DNA of 64,000 nucleotides from Pecten maximus (Eukaryota). The translations under genes and the position numbers were made by a program. Below the pieces are notes generated by a model. It was not told the origin of the DNA and searched no databases. It saw only the letters and a list, made by a program, of their open reading frames with translations. Below, in pieces: positions 23,605 through 54,492 of the stretch. The stretch spans positions 22,444,001-22,508,000 of the forward strand of contig NC_047029.1 in NCBI RefSeq assembly GCF_902652985.1, given 5' to 3'. How positions within the stretch are numbered: the stretch's first letter is position 1; every line of letters begins with the position of its first letter.

Positions 23605-24266
23605 ATGCTGCTCTCACTCATCCTTCATCTTTTACTGCCGTTTCACGACCTATACTCTTTCATATATTTATACAGGAACTTATTGTTCAAAATTTCCTTT
23701 CCAAATGTCCAAAAAGTTCAACCTGTGTTTTGAGATATACCTAGTTGCAGGACAGTTTCTTCAAAGGTATTTTGATCGAACTTTTATTAATTGATGTATT
23801 CAGTTAATAATCTATTGACCATATCCATGATGCAACTATTGGATTATCTTTTAAATGTCTAGATCTTTATTCCATGAATTGCAAAACGTCTCTTAGGTAC
23901 TCAAGACAATGGTAGACTTCACAGTACACAGAACATAAAGACATCTTAATGGTAATAACCTAAACTGGTCCATGACAACCCTTCTCCTCCATAGGTACCA
24001 GACGTATAAGTCTGGCCAGGTATGACTCCTTTCTGTCCACAAATCTTCCTTTAAGTCCCAGATACTACAGTAACTACCAAGACAGCTCGCCCAAAAATAA
24101 GAACAAAATTTTCCTTGATTGAAAATGTTTGACTGTCTCTTTGAGTTCACAAAGCCTTGGTGAAGTTTCCAGGGGCTATTCTTTAAGAGGTGCCCTTTTT
24201 CTGGTCCAACTTTCAGGTGATAAAGATTTGATGAGTTTGCACACGTCCTACATGTCCTGAGTGTCA

Positions 24267-40059
<15,793 letters not shown>

Positions 40060-41416
40060 CTTTCAAGCTGTGAAAATTAATATGTATTTGTAAAATAAGA
40101 TATTTATATGTGAATATGCACAGGAATTGGATATTCCATGATTAAGTAATTAATAAGAGCGAGCGAAGCTCTTTACCGTTAACGTGCACGTATGTACAAT
40201 ATTCTAGTCCAACTTTGCATAACGTCCTGCGTGATGTTACAGCCAGAAAAATTTCTGCTGGAAACGGAAACAGTAACGAGCCCGGTGCAGATGTCTGCAG
40301 AAACTGTTAACATAAAAAGTCTATATAACGTACAATCCAGTTGGTGTGTTCATAATGCTGACTAATTATTTTTATAAAAAATATCTCTAATAGCGTGAGA
40401 ATAAAATATAGCTCGAGTTATGGTTTCGAGGACGGAACTGGGAACATTCGGCATATTTCCGAAGATTGCTGGAAATTAACCGAGATGTTGCGATTGCATT
40501 TGGATGGAAAGTACCAACAGTTCTCGGTTGCAGAATCTGGATGTCGAAAACTACCGATAGTTAACGACTGTCAAAAGTCATGTCATATAAGGTCACATTC
40601 TCGTATTTAAACGGGAAACGTTTATCACTATATTTTTATGTTGTACATTGGCATACTAGCTAGCTTCGCTCTTATCACGCATTGCCTGTTTCATATTATA
40701 TTGATAAGAAGCATCTGAGGGCTAATATTTCAATCAATATTTTAATCACAGAACATCCAATTTCTGTGGTATACACCACGATTATACGACATGGGTTTTA
40801 GTATTTAGGTATTATTAGTAGTCCCTGATTTTTATTTGTTTATTTTTTTAATATGATTACATTATGTAAATGTGAATTTACTGATGGTATTTTAAACACA
40901 TGTGATGACTTGGCACTTGTTTGGTGTTTAAAGTGTTATAAACCAAAAGCTGAAAAGAAGACTCAACTCGTGTACTCGAATGTGTGCTTTGTTATATTTT
41001 AAATTACACCTCGGAAATAAACTTATAAAATGATGTAAACAATCACACAATGCCAATGGTAGCTAGCTATAGATCTGGGAAAGATTTCACGATGCTCCTG
41101 TTTTACAGAAAAACGTATCCTGACAAACTTATGAAATACCAAAGACATCTACAAGCGATTATGACTTCGAGATTGAAGGGTAGCACATACGGTTTTGTGT
41201 GAGCATGATTTGAAAATTTGGTGTTTGGGGCAGATGAGATGTTTTGACCGGTCTCGTGAGATCCCTCAGTACGACGTGGAAACATTATTCGATACAGATT
41301 ATTAGTCTCAGGGTAAAGCGAGGAATAGTTTAAATAATTCTGTGCTAGAGATGTATTGCAATTCGTAATTTGATCGTGTAATTAAGCATTTAAATCAATC
41401 TTATTGTAACACTTAC

Positions 41417-41530
41417 CACATGCGTCCACCGGAAGCGTTTGTCTTGCGTTAAGCGTGGTCAGTAAAAAGCTTAAAGCGTCTTCATGATCGGATATTGATA
41501 ATATAAAAAGAAAATGAAACCGCCACACTG
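41417..41530 (-). promoter_or_regulatory. Candidate EFTUD2 non-coding first exon / core promoter
   Basis: Donor TG|gtaagt after 41417 with an adjacent ETS-like CCGGAAG and locally raised CpG. The first coding exon has an acceptor 8 nt upstream of the ATG, so an upstream exon is implied. Confidence 0.45.
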
Positions 41531-41763
41531 AGATACGGAAATAAATTTTCCAAATAAGGACGTGTTTTTTTTTTATGTTGAAAAATATGAAATTTATTGA
41601 ATTTGGGCATCCCCATACACTCACTGATTTATGATTCATTTTGCTATACAATTGCACCAAACGAAAACTGCACATAGTTACATGTATATGAAAAAAAACA
41701 ACACAAAATAATCGCTGACTTATGTACAGTACAGCTAAAACAGCCTGGTTTACAATACAAAAT

Positions 41764-41787
41764 CAGAGACATTTGTATACGTCTCTG
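41764..41787. mobile_element. 24-bp palindromic micro-element or footprint with 7-bp TSD
   Basis: cagagac..gtctctg flanked by acaaaat at 41757-41763 and 41788-41794. Confidence 0.65.
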
Positions 41788-43929
41788 ACAAAATGTAACT
41801 TAGTGCTTTTTACTTTCGAATTTGCTAGTTACAGATAAAAAACAATATTCTGATAAATTGAAAAAATACCAACGACTGCGTTATACTAAGACAATCGTCA
41901 AAATAGTTTAAAACTATCACAACCGCTTAATTCTGTCATTCCAAGAAGGCTATTTTCACCACAGGGATGCCGACTTAACATACATAATTATGTACAAAAG
42001 AAAAAACACTACAAATCATCTTTTGATCCCTGTGATTATGCATATAAAGCTATCAAAAATAACAGAGTCGACCTAATTTTCGAATGGAATTGCTGAAGAT
42101 TCAAAAAATGAAATGTTTTTTTTTCTTTCTAAAATACAGCGCAGGCGCTTGAATATAAAATGTAAAGTTTTATTTTAGATTTTGCAGAGGTCTAGGTACT
42201 GCGAAAATGTAGTTTCTACAGTATCCAGACTCCTGCCAAATCTAAAAAGTTAATATTAACATTGTATCTATGCACGCGCCTAGCTGTGGCTGTGTTTGAT
42301 AAGAAATAGCCTATGATTTTATCGCTCCGACTCGTAGGCTTTCCAGCACTTTTTTTCTGTCATTCTGTCATCACATCATTTAACGTTCTTACAAGGCAAA
42401 CTCAGATCCATTATATTTTCGTATTATCTGCCTTTTCTTTTTAGCTAGCTCCTCCGTGTATTAGAAAATAAAATAGAAAACCAATTTTCGTTCTTCAGGT
42501 TGAGGAAAATGAGGAAAGAAAGAATTGTAGCGGTAAGGTAGTCCAAATCCGCGTGATCTGAGTCGGTCATTTATTTTCCAATGTCCCTACTTTCGATTTT
42601 CTACACTTTATATCTTGATATTTTATTGGCACAGAAGACATGCCAATAGTATATAATATAATACTCTGTATATAGATACCCTTATACGGTATATAGATTA
42701 CAAGAACACAGAGAAACTTCAAGAAAATGTTAAACACTAAAATATCGGTAGTTTAACAAAAAGTGCGGTCAAAAATTAGAACGGTCTCCATGCAAATACG
42801 ATTGCAGCACATAGAATAATGATGATAATACAACGCATTATCACTGGGAATGGGGTGTTGAAATGAGATACTTTTTAATAAAGAGAAGCTTAGACGCCTT
42901 AAAAAGTAGGTCGCTCACAGCTATTCAGTTTCGAAGAAACATGGAAGTTCATAAGATAAAACAATTTTCATACAGTCAATATATATTAAGGTGAAAAACC
43001 TAACCGACCAATACCTTTGTCAATCTCAATAAATAATATATGTCAATAGTCGTGTCACAAACTGCTAAGGTCCAAAAAGTTATATATACTTTAAACCAGA
43101 AGTCAGAACAAGCAGGCATGCAGTTAGCATTCGATCAAGCAAATTCAATTCTGAATTGTGAAATGTAAACAGTTTTCAATAACTGCTTAAACTGCAAAAT
43201 AATTGCCCATATCATGTGCAGTTGCTAGAAAACTGCCTAATTAATTGCTATCAAGAGCAGTTCAGTTTGATCTGGAATGTTAAAACTAGTTAAATTTCTT
43301 TCTTTACTTGTAAAAGGTTTACAGCACAGGCGCCTGCATCTGGTTAATATTCATAGGAAAAATCCTAACTCCTACTATAGCAACGTTGATAACTTGATAT
43401 GGTAGGAGTAAGGGCTAATATTTTTTCTTTAAAACTACAGGGGTGGGCGCGGACCTACCGTCAAAAAAAAAAAAATTGTCAGATGAAAAAAACAGACTCT
43501 CGATCCCGAGTATGACCTGTCCCATGACAGGATATGTAGTCGCGAGGCGGCTCATAGTCGGGAGAGGCTAATTTCTTTATCTGACAATTATTTTTTGTGT
43601 GTGACGTAGGTCTGCGTCTATCCCCTGTGACACTAACCACATGCATACGCTGGTGGTTTACTGGGATTAAAGTATGTATTTCATCAGACAAAAATATCTG
43701 GTGTAGGATGAATCAATCAGATCATCATTAGCTAGATTACGTATTGTAGTTGATAATCCATATTTTAATCAGATTGAGGATTAATCAGCATCGTTTAGTC
43801 AATAAGCATCGAAAGTATTTAATTGACAGGTTAATTTCAGAAAATTGTATACACTTGCATAATTGTGTTCATTTTGGCGAACGTTATTTCTTGGAGACGA
43901 TTTGGACTTATTCTAGTCATTAACGATAT

Positions 43930-46175
43930 AGCAAGTGGCCCAACAGGCCTGTGAAATGAAGTCTAATTAGTCTAATACTATTTCTCATCAGTCACTGGTC
44001 AATTCTAAATATTCTAACCCTGTGACTGTAATACCAGGGACGTATAATATGACAACCCTGTAATTACTCAGGAACAGAAGAATAAGATATTAGCACATGT
44101 GAAGGTGATTGAATTAAACAAATTTGGTATTTCTTTATCCAGATATTATTTTAGCGCCCAATATCCTGACCCTGTGACTTTCAGTTAATGAGAACTTGTT
44201 CAGATAGTTTTAACACATTTGAACTCTGTGACCTAGTTTGACAGCGGGTCAAGGTGATTCATTTAAACAAACTTTTTACCCTTTACCACAACATGTTAAT
44301 TACTAGTCAACCATGACCCCGGGCCTCCTGGTTAATGAACATTTTCTAATAAATTTGACGACGACTGACGGACGGACGACGGACGCCGCACCACTACATA
44401 AGCTGATATGCCCGTCATTCCATCTATAAGATAGCGATACTCCTTTATCCTAGCATCCTATAGACTCGATATCAGGTGTCTGGACAGCCTCGAAAGTAAA
44501 TCTTACATCATTTAGCCCAGGGTTTTACAGTCTCAAATATCTTGTATCTGTGCAATTTGCTTATTGAAAATAAGTCAGTTTAAAGATTTTAATACATTTG
44601 ACCCTTGTGGCAATGATAGCAGGTCAAGAACATTCATTTGAAAAACACACTCTTTTATCCCAGGATGACACAGGTCCAATATCAGGGGTCTGGGTTACTT
44701 GGCAATTGAGAAGAAGTTGTTACACAACACATTTAACCCCTATGACATTGACAACAATACATTTGACCCCTGTGATATTGAAAAAAGGTAAATGTAGTTC
44801 ATTTAAACAATCTTGGTTGCTCTTCATCCAAACATGCTACAGGTCTTTTTCAGATCTCTGGACCTCTTGGTCATTAAGAAAATGCAGTATGCAGTTGAAC
44901 CCTGTGACCTTAAAAGTAAGTTAACATAAAACATTTGAATACTGTGGGTAATTATAAATGGTAGCCCTTCATATAAATATGTTATAGGTGCAACCAATCA
45001 GGTCTCTGTGTCAAGAAGTTGTTTAAAAGATTTTATCATATTTGACTAATGTGACCTTGAAAGTAGGTCAAGGTTATTTATTTGAACAAACATGGTTGCC
45101 CTTAATCAAAACATGCTACAGGTCCATTATCTGGTCTGAGCCACTTGGTTATTCTGAAGACATTGATTAAAGAATTTATCACATTTGACCCTGAATAAGA
45201 CTCAAAGTAATTGATTTTAACAAATTTGGAAGCCCTTTATCTCAACATATTACTGGCCTTATACCCTAGGTCTCCTGGTTATTCAGAAGATATTGATTAA
45301 AGATTTTAACATATCTGACCTTGAACATACTATGTTGTTTGGTTACTGAGAAGCTCTTTATATTGACAAGAGGACCATGAACCAGAGTTATGAAGAATAC
45401 TGATAGATGATGTTCCACACATATGACCTTGAAATTAGGTCAGGGTTTGTTCTTTTGAAGAATCTTCTCAGTCTTTCATCCCAGCATACTAATTGACTTA
45501 AATGTCATATCCGTATGCCTCTTGGTTATTGAGAAAACATTTAAATATTTCAACATATTAGATTCCTTTTGACCTTGAAAGTGATCAAGGTCATTCAATT
45601 GCACAAATCTCATCATCCTAGTATGCCACTGGCTCAATATCATGACCATGAGCTTCAGTTATTGAGAAGTTGTTTAAAGATTTTAACACATTCGACCTCT
45701 GTGACCTTGAATGTAGAAAAGGTCATTTGAACATACTACTTGCCCAATAACTTCCTGGGCCTCTAATCGGTTATTGAGAAAATTTGAAGATGTGAATTGT
45801 TTACAGACTAACGACATACAATGCAGTGGTCGGGTGGCACAGTGGTAACACACTTGCCTTTCACCGAGGCGGCCGGGGTTTCGATTCCCCAATCGGACGT
45901 GAAAAGGTATGAGGTCACCTGCCCGACCACGTGGGTTTTCCCCGGGTACTCCAGTTTCCTCCCACAGTAAGACCCCTCGCGCGCTTCCATCCGAGCCAAC
46001 AAGCATGATTAATATAAGTTTTTGTTGTAATTGTTGTAAAATAAAAGTTTACATTACAATGCAGCCTAATGGACAAGAGGTCATTAGAATAGATCACTTG
46101 AGATTTATTCTCATGTGAAAGTTGACGATCGACGGACGGATGCTCGTTTGTCCAGTTGGGGACAGAAGAACTAAA
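43930..46175 (+). mobile_element. Decayed array of 'tgaccttga' internal-repeat elements (probable non-autonomous Helitron/Helentron-type)
   Basis: Recurrent diverged units (tttgacccctgtgaccttgaaagtaggtcaagg; ttggttattgagaa) and gacggacg tails at ~44360 and ~46130. Classification is inference. Confidence 0.6.
45826..46052 (+). mobile_element. tRNA-derived V-domain-like SINE inserted in the repeat array
   Basis: gtggcacagtggtaa (A box), ggtttcgattccc (B box), gtgggttttcccgggtactccagtttcctcccaca core. Confidence 0.85.
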
Positions 46176-46968
46176 AACTCCAAGATTACCTTTTCAAATA
46201 TCAAGACATAAATCTAACAGTGGAATTTACTATTCATAACTTTAAACATTCAGTTTGTCAAAAGAAAGAAAGTGTTAAGTATACACTTGTATATGTATCT
46301 TTCAGTGGCTTGAATATATGAACATGATGATTTTATTCTAAAAGTTGAGTATATATAAATATAACGCTATCTTATTAAATCTGGTGCCATTCTCCCATTA
46401 TCTCAGTGTAAATCTGGGCTGTATGTAGGAGTACATAGATGACATGATTGAAATGCTTCACACTGCGTTACGGATGAATCACAGAGTTTGTTTTGGTTGA
46501 GTACAATGGCATTACTATACGTCATTTTGACGGTATGATGATTATCATCAGAGCAATGCTTTGTACTGTGTTAGATTGGTTACAAATCAATCACATGAAT
46601 GAATTTGATTCAAAGATGCTGTTCCTTTTAATGAACATACAGGCGAAAGGGGAAAAAATAAAGTACTTAAAGAAAGAGTGTTTAATAGACCAGGTATTTA
46701 AAGGTATATATAGCATTGTACAATTAAACGCTTGTTAGATTGCACAAATATTGACAATCAATACAATCTAACAAGTATTTAATTATTAAATAAAATCAAA
46801 GTGTTTTGTAGACACAAACAATAAATAAAATCAGTATGGGTGTGTGAATTTCTTTATTTAAGACATAATGAATCCTGTCAAGACTTTAGTGAAATATATA
46901 AATTTGGATAAACCGTTCCATCAGTGATTAAAATTAATGCAAAAGTGCTAATATAAGTCATTATTAGA

Positions 46969-47082
46969 CACAGGGACTCCACACAATTTCCCAACCCATA
47001 CGTATATGTATTTGTATGTATCTTAAAACATACATATACTATACAACCTGCATGGGATTGGATATTGTGACAAGTCCCTGTG
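46969..47082. mobile_element. Decayed palindromic MITE with CACAGGGAC termini
   Basis: cacagggact..cacaat / attgtg..agtccctgtg. TSD is degenerate. A related right end lies at ~2465-2492. Confidence 0.55.
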
Positions 47083-48690
47083 ATCAGATTCATCGATAAT
47101 TCTCTGTAAATATGCCCTAAAATTTCAACATTTACACCTGTTATGTAAGACAGGAAAAAAAAAAATGTCTGGACACTGACAATTGACAAATCAACCTGAG
47201 TATCTAATGATGACAAGTCATATGGAATGTATGAAACGCTACTAGTATCAGAACACGGGATGAAGGCAATGTAAATGGCAGTACATTTGTATAAACAACA
47301 AAAATATCTTGACAGCAGGTGTAAAAATACCTCTGTTGACTTTCCGATACAAGAATGTTTCACCATGTCAAAACCGAAGTTCATGGTTTTACAATACAGT
47401 AACATATAGTGTAACTCATTAAAGTTGATCTCTTGTTTACAAACTTTTTCTGTATGTCTTCTTTAGTATCTTGTTTACTAGTAAACACTTAAAATTTCCT
47501 CGGACAAATGGTGCTAATAATTAGAGGATCAGGTCAAACTTGAGGTTGCGTACACATTCTGAGTATATACATAACATTATACACAAACAAATTACTGTAA
47601 ATCTTCAAACTCTTACCACATTTATCCTATTATAAGCCCATTGGGCTAACACATAACTTCAGAATCAGACAGAGGGTGTTTTTTTTTAAGAATAATGAAA
47701 GATAATTCATAAGTGATTTTACAGAACAGCAACAGAAATGGGTGGGTTAATTACCAAGTATGATGTGTAAATACTGTCATGCTTTGATAAGTCTAATGGA
47801 ATGCCCCTACAAGAATATTTAAACATTCACTGAAATACTGCTAAAGTCATTGATTTATATGTCTTCCCCAAAAATACTTTTCCTCTTTGTGTATTCCACA
47901 GGAATATCATTAAGCTTGTGGAAGACAGACTTATGTGCCTTCACAATAAATAAATCCTTCAATATAGCACTTATACAAATTGAGATATGAAAAATTACCT
48001 TCAGTGTAATTCCACCGATCTAGTTTCCCTCAGACCAGCTCACATCAATGTAACATTTAACACATGTATTTTTTTCCTCAGCTATATAGTTCAAACATAC
48101 ATTAAATGGTGTTAATACTGTTTTAATTAAAATATAAAAGATAATTAATAATACATTAAAATTGTTTTGTATTAAAATTTACTCAATTGATTACCTCCCT
48201 TTGCATTTTTTATACTGTATTGTTTCACTATATCAGAACAAAACACTGATATCAGTACAAGGAAGACATCTAAAAAGGTTCCAGTTTTAATACTGATTAG
48301 ATCTTTCATTGATATAATATATTTCATGAATTACAAAATTGGCAAGTTGTTAATGAAGACATCAAATACATGTTAACATCCCTTGTGGCTGTTTTTTAAT
48401 AGCCCTGAAAAAAATCAGAAAAAAAAAATTTGCTTTAAATAAGTTATTCATACTACAAGTCATAGAATGTATCTGATGACTTTTAAGTTTTACAAAATGT
48501 GCTGACTAGATATCTTTGATGAACACCTTTAATTTGAATACATCTAAAATTATTACACTTACCTCAGTTTTGGTATATTAAAACACCACCAAATCAGGTA
48601 AAAACGTACATACAGACATCACTTTTGAATACATACTTTGTATTGAAATATGTACAAAAATAATAATTATCTCCTTTATCATACTGCAAC

Positions 48691-48786
48691 CATAGGGACA
48701 TGTCAAGTGTTATATTATAAAAACTAGCCAGAAATACCTATAATAAGGCTATTTTCTCTAATACAGTACATAGACATGTCCCTGTG
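48691..48786. mobile_element. Decayed palindromic MITE, CATAGGGAC termini, degenerate 7-bp TSD
   Basis: catagggacatgtc / gacatgtccctgtg; flanks ctgcaac / ttgcaat. Confidence 0.6.
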
Positions 48787-49010
48787 TTGCAATGCTACAT
48801 CTGTCCAGAAAGTAAAAACACTTCTTTAAAAAGATTATCAAAACAAACCTCTGATGTTAAGAGTTACTTACTCAATAGTACACCAAACAGTTTTTTCTGT
48901 ATTAAAATATATCAAATGCTACAATGTTCTAGTGAAGAAAAAAAGTGTTTTACATAAAACTAGGACAGCACTCATACATCAATCACCTCCCTTCACTCAC
49001 GCCTAAACTA

Positions 49011-49179
49011 CAGTCGAACCTCATTATCTCAAGTCAAAGGGGCCATGAAAAAACCTTGAGATATTGCAAGTATTCAAGGTATCTGAGTATATTTTTACAT
49101 ATAGATTTACTCCCGAAATTTAATTTTTTGTTTAACAGGGTCCCTGAATTGTATGAGTTGAGATATGGAGGTTTGACTT
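49011..49179. mobile_element. pogo/Tigger-type MITE
   Basis: TA|cagtcgaacctcattatctcaa ... ttgagatatggaggtttgactt|TA. Confidence 0.7.
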
Positions 49180-50181
49180 TACCTATATACTTTCATCATA
49201 GAATAAATATTTGCATGTATACAAGAGACAGAGATATTTAATATTAAGTCCCTATTTTATCCTTTGATAACAAAAATGACTACGGTTTTGTGTGGGTCTG
49301 GCATATAGTCTATTGGTAGTACACACATAAATTTCCGATGTAACTTTGCCAATCATGGTACTGTAGTCTCAGGAGCCAACGATGATTTCATGAAATTTAC
49401 TGATATGATATGGTGTAGGAAAAACATCGAAGTGAGAATGGGAGGGTTGAGATTGTACCAAGTAAAAAGGGTTTGGAATCTGAGTCACACATTCTCTAGT
49501 GTTCTCAATCTCACAAATTTGGTATGGACATCTCAAGCTTTTAGAAATCTCCATATTTCTAGGCAGTATTTGGTAAAATTGATATGATCTTTTTAAAGCA
49601 ATGATGCCATATACACTTGCAGATATCAATAGCAAAAAGAAATAAACATTGCATTCTACTATTCAAATAAAAGAATGTCAGGTAATATTGCAGGCAAGTC
49701 ACTGATGAAACAAATAGTGATTTCCATAAGCATTTTTCTGGGAAAGGATGGAAATAATGACACTACCAATACATATGAAATGAGTTTAGGCTAAAAATAA
49801 TAAGCATTACAGTGTTTCTACTTTAATATAATCAATTAACTAAGGTACATGTAGGCTACTTACAATCAATACAGGTAGGTAGACTAAAGCTTTTGGCTAC
49901 AAGTGGTAGGATTAGGAAGTGAGATTTTTTTGTTGAACAATTATTCACCAAGAATTTAAACACAATAGCTGAAGTATTAAAGCAATACGAAAAACAATCT
50001 GGAAAGACAGAACAAATTTGGCCTTATTTCGGTAAATATAATCATCATAGTAACTTTTAAGTTTTACAGCACCATATACAACCATTCATGCCGCTACAAC
50101 ACTCTGAACTGTTTGCCTTGTGCATCTCCATCCCTTCAAATACATTTTAATATTTAAATTTTAAAATCTAATTAGTGATTA

Positions 50182-53100
50182 TTATAACTCGTCATGTTTT
50201 GGTCCACTGAACTCGTCATGTGAGATGAAGCCATCTTTGTCAGCATCCTCATGTTCGAAGATGGACTTGATCACATCTTGATGTTCTTTAGTGTCTAATT
50301 CCTCATCAGATCCTGCCTCTTTTGCTTGATCTATCATAAACTGGGATACCTGTTCAAGAAAATTTGACATACCAGGTAAGTGCATAAATCCAACATATAT
50401 TTCAGCAGACATCTAGAAAATGACATATAATTTGAGTTGGACCATGTTTCCTTTGGTTCCAACACCAGACATTTTGACATGCTATGATCCAACATACATC
50501 TGTCAAAATATACAATATCTAATGCTGTTGCCAGAGGAAATTTTGGGCATATACATTAGTGTAATATTGATATGAACCAACAAACCCTCAGGAAGTTTGT
50601 CCTGATGAACGTGGAGACGATTTATCAGGTTTATACTACAACCTGGAATATATTTTTTTCTTTTTTACATTCATTAAAATCTTTTTCTACAAAAAATAGA
50701 ACAAAAAAATTAAGGAATGAAAATGGAAAAATTTAGAAAAAAAATAATGAATGTAAAAATGAAAACATCCAGAATGAATTTTTCTTGTTTCAAACAGATT
50801 TTTTTTCATGTTTTTATGGATTCAGCCTGGACCCGATTTTCAGCGTCATGGTGTTCCCCTCCACTTCTTTAAATAATTTGCAGGTATTTAGATTTCTAAA
50901 ATTTCATTCAGACAATAAATGAAAAAGATAAAACACTTGCAATGAAAGTACCTACCCAGGTATCTATATGCAATCTATGGTCTTAACACCCTAGCACTAG
51001 TTCATTTCAACGGAAATCAGTCACACAGAGTATTTACCTCATCCTGAGACAGAGCATTGTCACCATCTGTATCAATCTGTTTAAAAATGTTCTGAGGAGC
51101 AGGACCTTCCTCAATCTTTTCAAGTTCCACGTCGAATACTAGAGTGGCCTTTGGAGGAATTTTATCTCCTAGAAATAAAAGTCACATTTGCTGTCAAAAG
51201 ACATTTATAATTGCTTGTGTTAATTTCTGTACCAGTAACAGATAAATATGTGTAAGAATTCTAGCATTAGTTGTAAAGCTTTAGCCTAAGTGTCAGTTCA
51301 TTCAGAGTTAGACATTTGTGTTGCCCAGTGATGCAGATTTTCTATAACAATGATGAAATTACAAGAAGCACAACTACACCAATAACACCATACAGGCATA
51401 AATTGATCCATCTATTAGCTAGGAACGTGTAGTGACCACATGTCGGGGATAAAATCATGACGAGACCGTAAAACTGACCAAATGGGAACAGTGTTGCCGT
51501 TTTGATTGATCCTCAAGTGGTCTATAATACAGTTCCTTAACTTTACATAATGATACGTACTAAGTAAACTTTACATTCTAAATGAACAGTGACATTTTCC
51601 TTTTCAACAATCTGTTAAAGAAATAATAACTGAACACTTATGAAGTAATTCCAGTAACACAATTTCCTGTACCATGCACTCTTGAATAAGTATCTGAATG
51701 TTTATATTGTTCCATAATATTGATTCCTATCTTGTAAAAGTCTCACCAGCGCCCTGCTCCCCATATCCAAGATGAGGAGGGATGGTTAATCTACGTTTCT
51801 CTCCAACACACATGTCTTCCAGGCCAACTTCCCATCCCTTGATTACTTGCCCAATCCCCATCTGGAACTGGAAGGGTTGTCCGTGGTCACGGCTGGAATA
51901 GTGAGGAATCACATATTAATTAAAATTTTATATTGTTCAATCATATTTTCTTTTACAACAGGCCTGGGGATGATACAATTATTGAACATTACTATATGTA
52001 CATTTATGTATGTATACTGATAAATTGGAAAACATCAAATCTTTGATTTAAGTCTGGTGCATTTGACAACCTAAGCTCAACATACTTACAAAACTATAAC
52101 TTACATGTTTTACATTGGACTGTACAGTATGTATTTACAAGTAATGGTTTACAAGTCTTATCTTTGTGGCGAGTGTTCACTAGAGAAATCATGGGATATA
52201 TCCTTTGGCTGAGACAAATGTTCGTTAAACTGGTAATTGATATTTAATTCTAAACTGACGGTAATATTTGACCGTATAATGTGACTAGGTGGGATATCAT
52301 CATTCTTCTGTGACTTCAACTGACAGTGACAGTTCAGTGTGACAGTAAGTACTATAAAATAGTCCTTCGTTTGCCCTTTACAAGTTAGTAGAAAATTGCT
52401 GTATCATTTCAGACAATTGTTATAGGTACTAGTATATATATAGAGAATACATAGTTAGTTTCTTAAAATATAAGCTTTATTTTGGAGAGGGTAAAGAATG
52501 ACTAAAGTGGCAAGTTTATGTTTATTTTGTTTAACATCCTCTTAACAGCCAGGGTAATTTAAGGACATGTGATCAGGTTTTGGAGGTGAAGGAAAGCCGG
52601 AATAACTGGAGAAAAAACATCGGCCTAGGGTCAGTGCCAGGCAACTGCCTTATACGTGGGTTTTGAACTCGCAGCCCCTCCTTCATTGTGATAAAAATAC
52701 AGCTTATATTTTAAGACACTGCATGACCATGTATTCTATTTATCCCACAACAGTCATCAAAGATCAGCATTTTTAAGTGAAACGGTATCAACAATGTTTC
52801 AAATATGTTTAAACGTTGCTTGACTTGGAAGTAGGTCATTCAAATTAATGTACATGCTTCTAAGATTCTAAAATACAGCTGTTTTCTGTCACAGCCGAAT
52901 ACAGCAAAAATATATGCGACGGGTGTGTACCAACAATGATCAATGTGGTGCCAGTTGCAGGATAAATATATTTTTGTGGTTATAGGACAGATATTGAAAC
53001 AATTTTTTTTTAAATGGGCTGCTGTCCCCCTATACATTTTGTATATATAACTAAAGGATATTTGATTTAAGATTATCATTATCTCTGGATCCCTTAATCA

Positions 53101-53789
53101 AATTGTCGGTGAGCATCAAAATATGTAGTCAACATATATATATTGCATGTTATGACAATACCTACCTGATGCTTCTTGCAAACATGGACTTCATTAATTG
53201 TCACAACATGCGTCTGCTTTTGGTTAGTATTTATAGAGAAAAAAATCTGTCCATGTAAGAGGCTTATATTTTTTTCTATTTATGATATATGCAGTATAAG
53301 GTTCCTATATATATGTAGTCCTCTTATAAATTTACAATATCCCAGTGAGTGACGGGCTGTACGACTATAAATATTATGTTCAGTGAAGTCCACGTGTACA
53401 TATATTTATTCATTCATTTTCCAACATCTAATCTAATTAAAACAATTATCAAATTACCGTTATTGCCTGCGGTCAATTTTATAAAATATAAATACACAAT
53501 ATTGCAATAGAAGACACTACTTTTAGATGCTTTAACATAATATTTTGACACAACATTCCACGTTTTGTACCCACCTTGAATCGAATTTAGTACCGTCTGT
53601 CAAGTAGCCGGTGTAGTGCATTGACAATAAATCATTTTTCTTCGTTTTCCTGTCGCAGTTTTCGGGTACCGACACCTTTTCTACTTTCAATTCGGTAACG
53701 TCTTCAACCCCGGATGGCGGGCCGGGTTCCGATTCGGCTGCAAATACAGCACATATGCACAGTAATAACACAAGGGATGTGGCAGCCAT
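50182..53789 (-). CDS. FKBP14: ER-resident FK506-binding peptidyl-prolyl isomerase with EF-hands (FKBP14/FKBP7 type), ~219 aa
   Basis: Exons (-): 53789-53575, 51892-51747, 51168-51038, 50349-50182 (660 nt). Signal peptide; [16 protein letters not shown]; [30 protein letters not shown]; EF-hands [12 protein letters not shown] and [12 protein letters not shown]; C-terminal HDEL. Confidence 0.93.
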
Positions 53790-54366
53790 ATTGGAAGTAC
53801 TTATCACTCTACAGTCGACAGAACAATAGCTCGTTTCAACCTCACACAGATGATAAGTAAGGTAAGTTTTGAAACGTGGCAGTGCTCTGTATGTCACTCG
53901 TAAAACACCTGCGGAAATGACCCGGAACAATTGACCTCAAGCCTTGATTCTGATTGGTTCATTATAAATAGAATCATTCCACGTGGACATGGAAATGACA
54001 ACAGATACGTATACTTTCCAATGATTGATGTGTGCTACATTTACATCAAATAAATTTGATACTCAACAAAGATAGACACACTGGAGCTTTTTAAAAAGAG
54101 TTTTTAGAATGCGTAGGACGTTTAAACTTAAATATGGCAACACAGACTGTGCTAATAGATCTATTTGACAAATTATTTATAGATTACATGTCGTGCAAGC
54201 TGCTGCTCATAGGAAAATATTCTCAACGATATACGCACTGTACCTAGTTGTGTTTGATAGGCCAGCGAAGCATAGCTATTTCATTACCTGATTTAGTGAT
54301 GTAATTATATGCTATTGTCAAACCTAAAACATAAATTATAATTAGGTACAATGATATCAGTTTTAC

Positions 54367-54492
54367 CACAAGTGCCTGACTCGTTTTATAAAATAATAAT
54401 TAAATAAGAGTACATATAAATGAGATTATATATATCTCATTTAAATGTACTCTTATATATTATTATTTTATAAAACGAGTCAGGCACCTGTG
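54367..54492. mobile_element. Palindromic MITE, same family as 2201-2309, 7-bp TSD
   Basis: TSD gttttac at 54360-54366 and 54493-54499. Confidence 0.85.

Noticed and set aside
46878-47405. 175-aa minus-strand ORF
   Set aside because: It crosses a decayed MITE, has no recognisable domain, and probably lies in the FKBP14 3' UTR or intergenic DNA.
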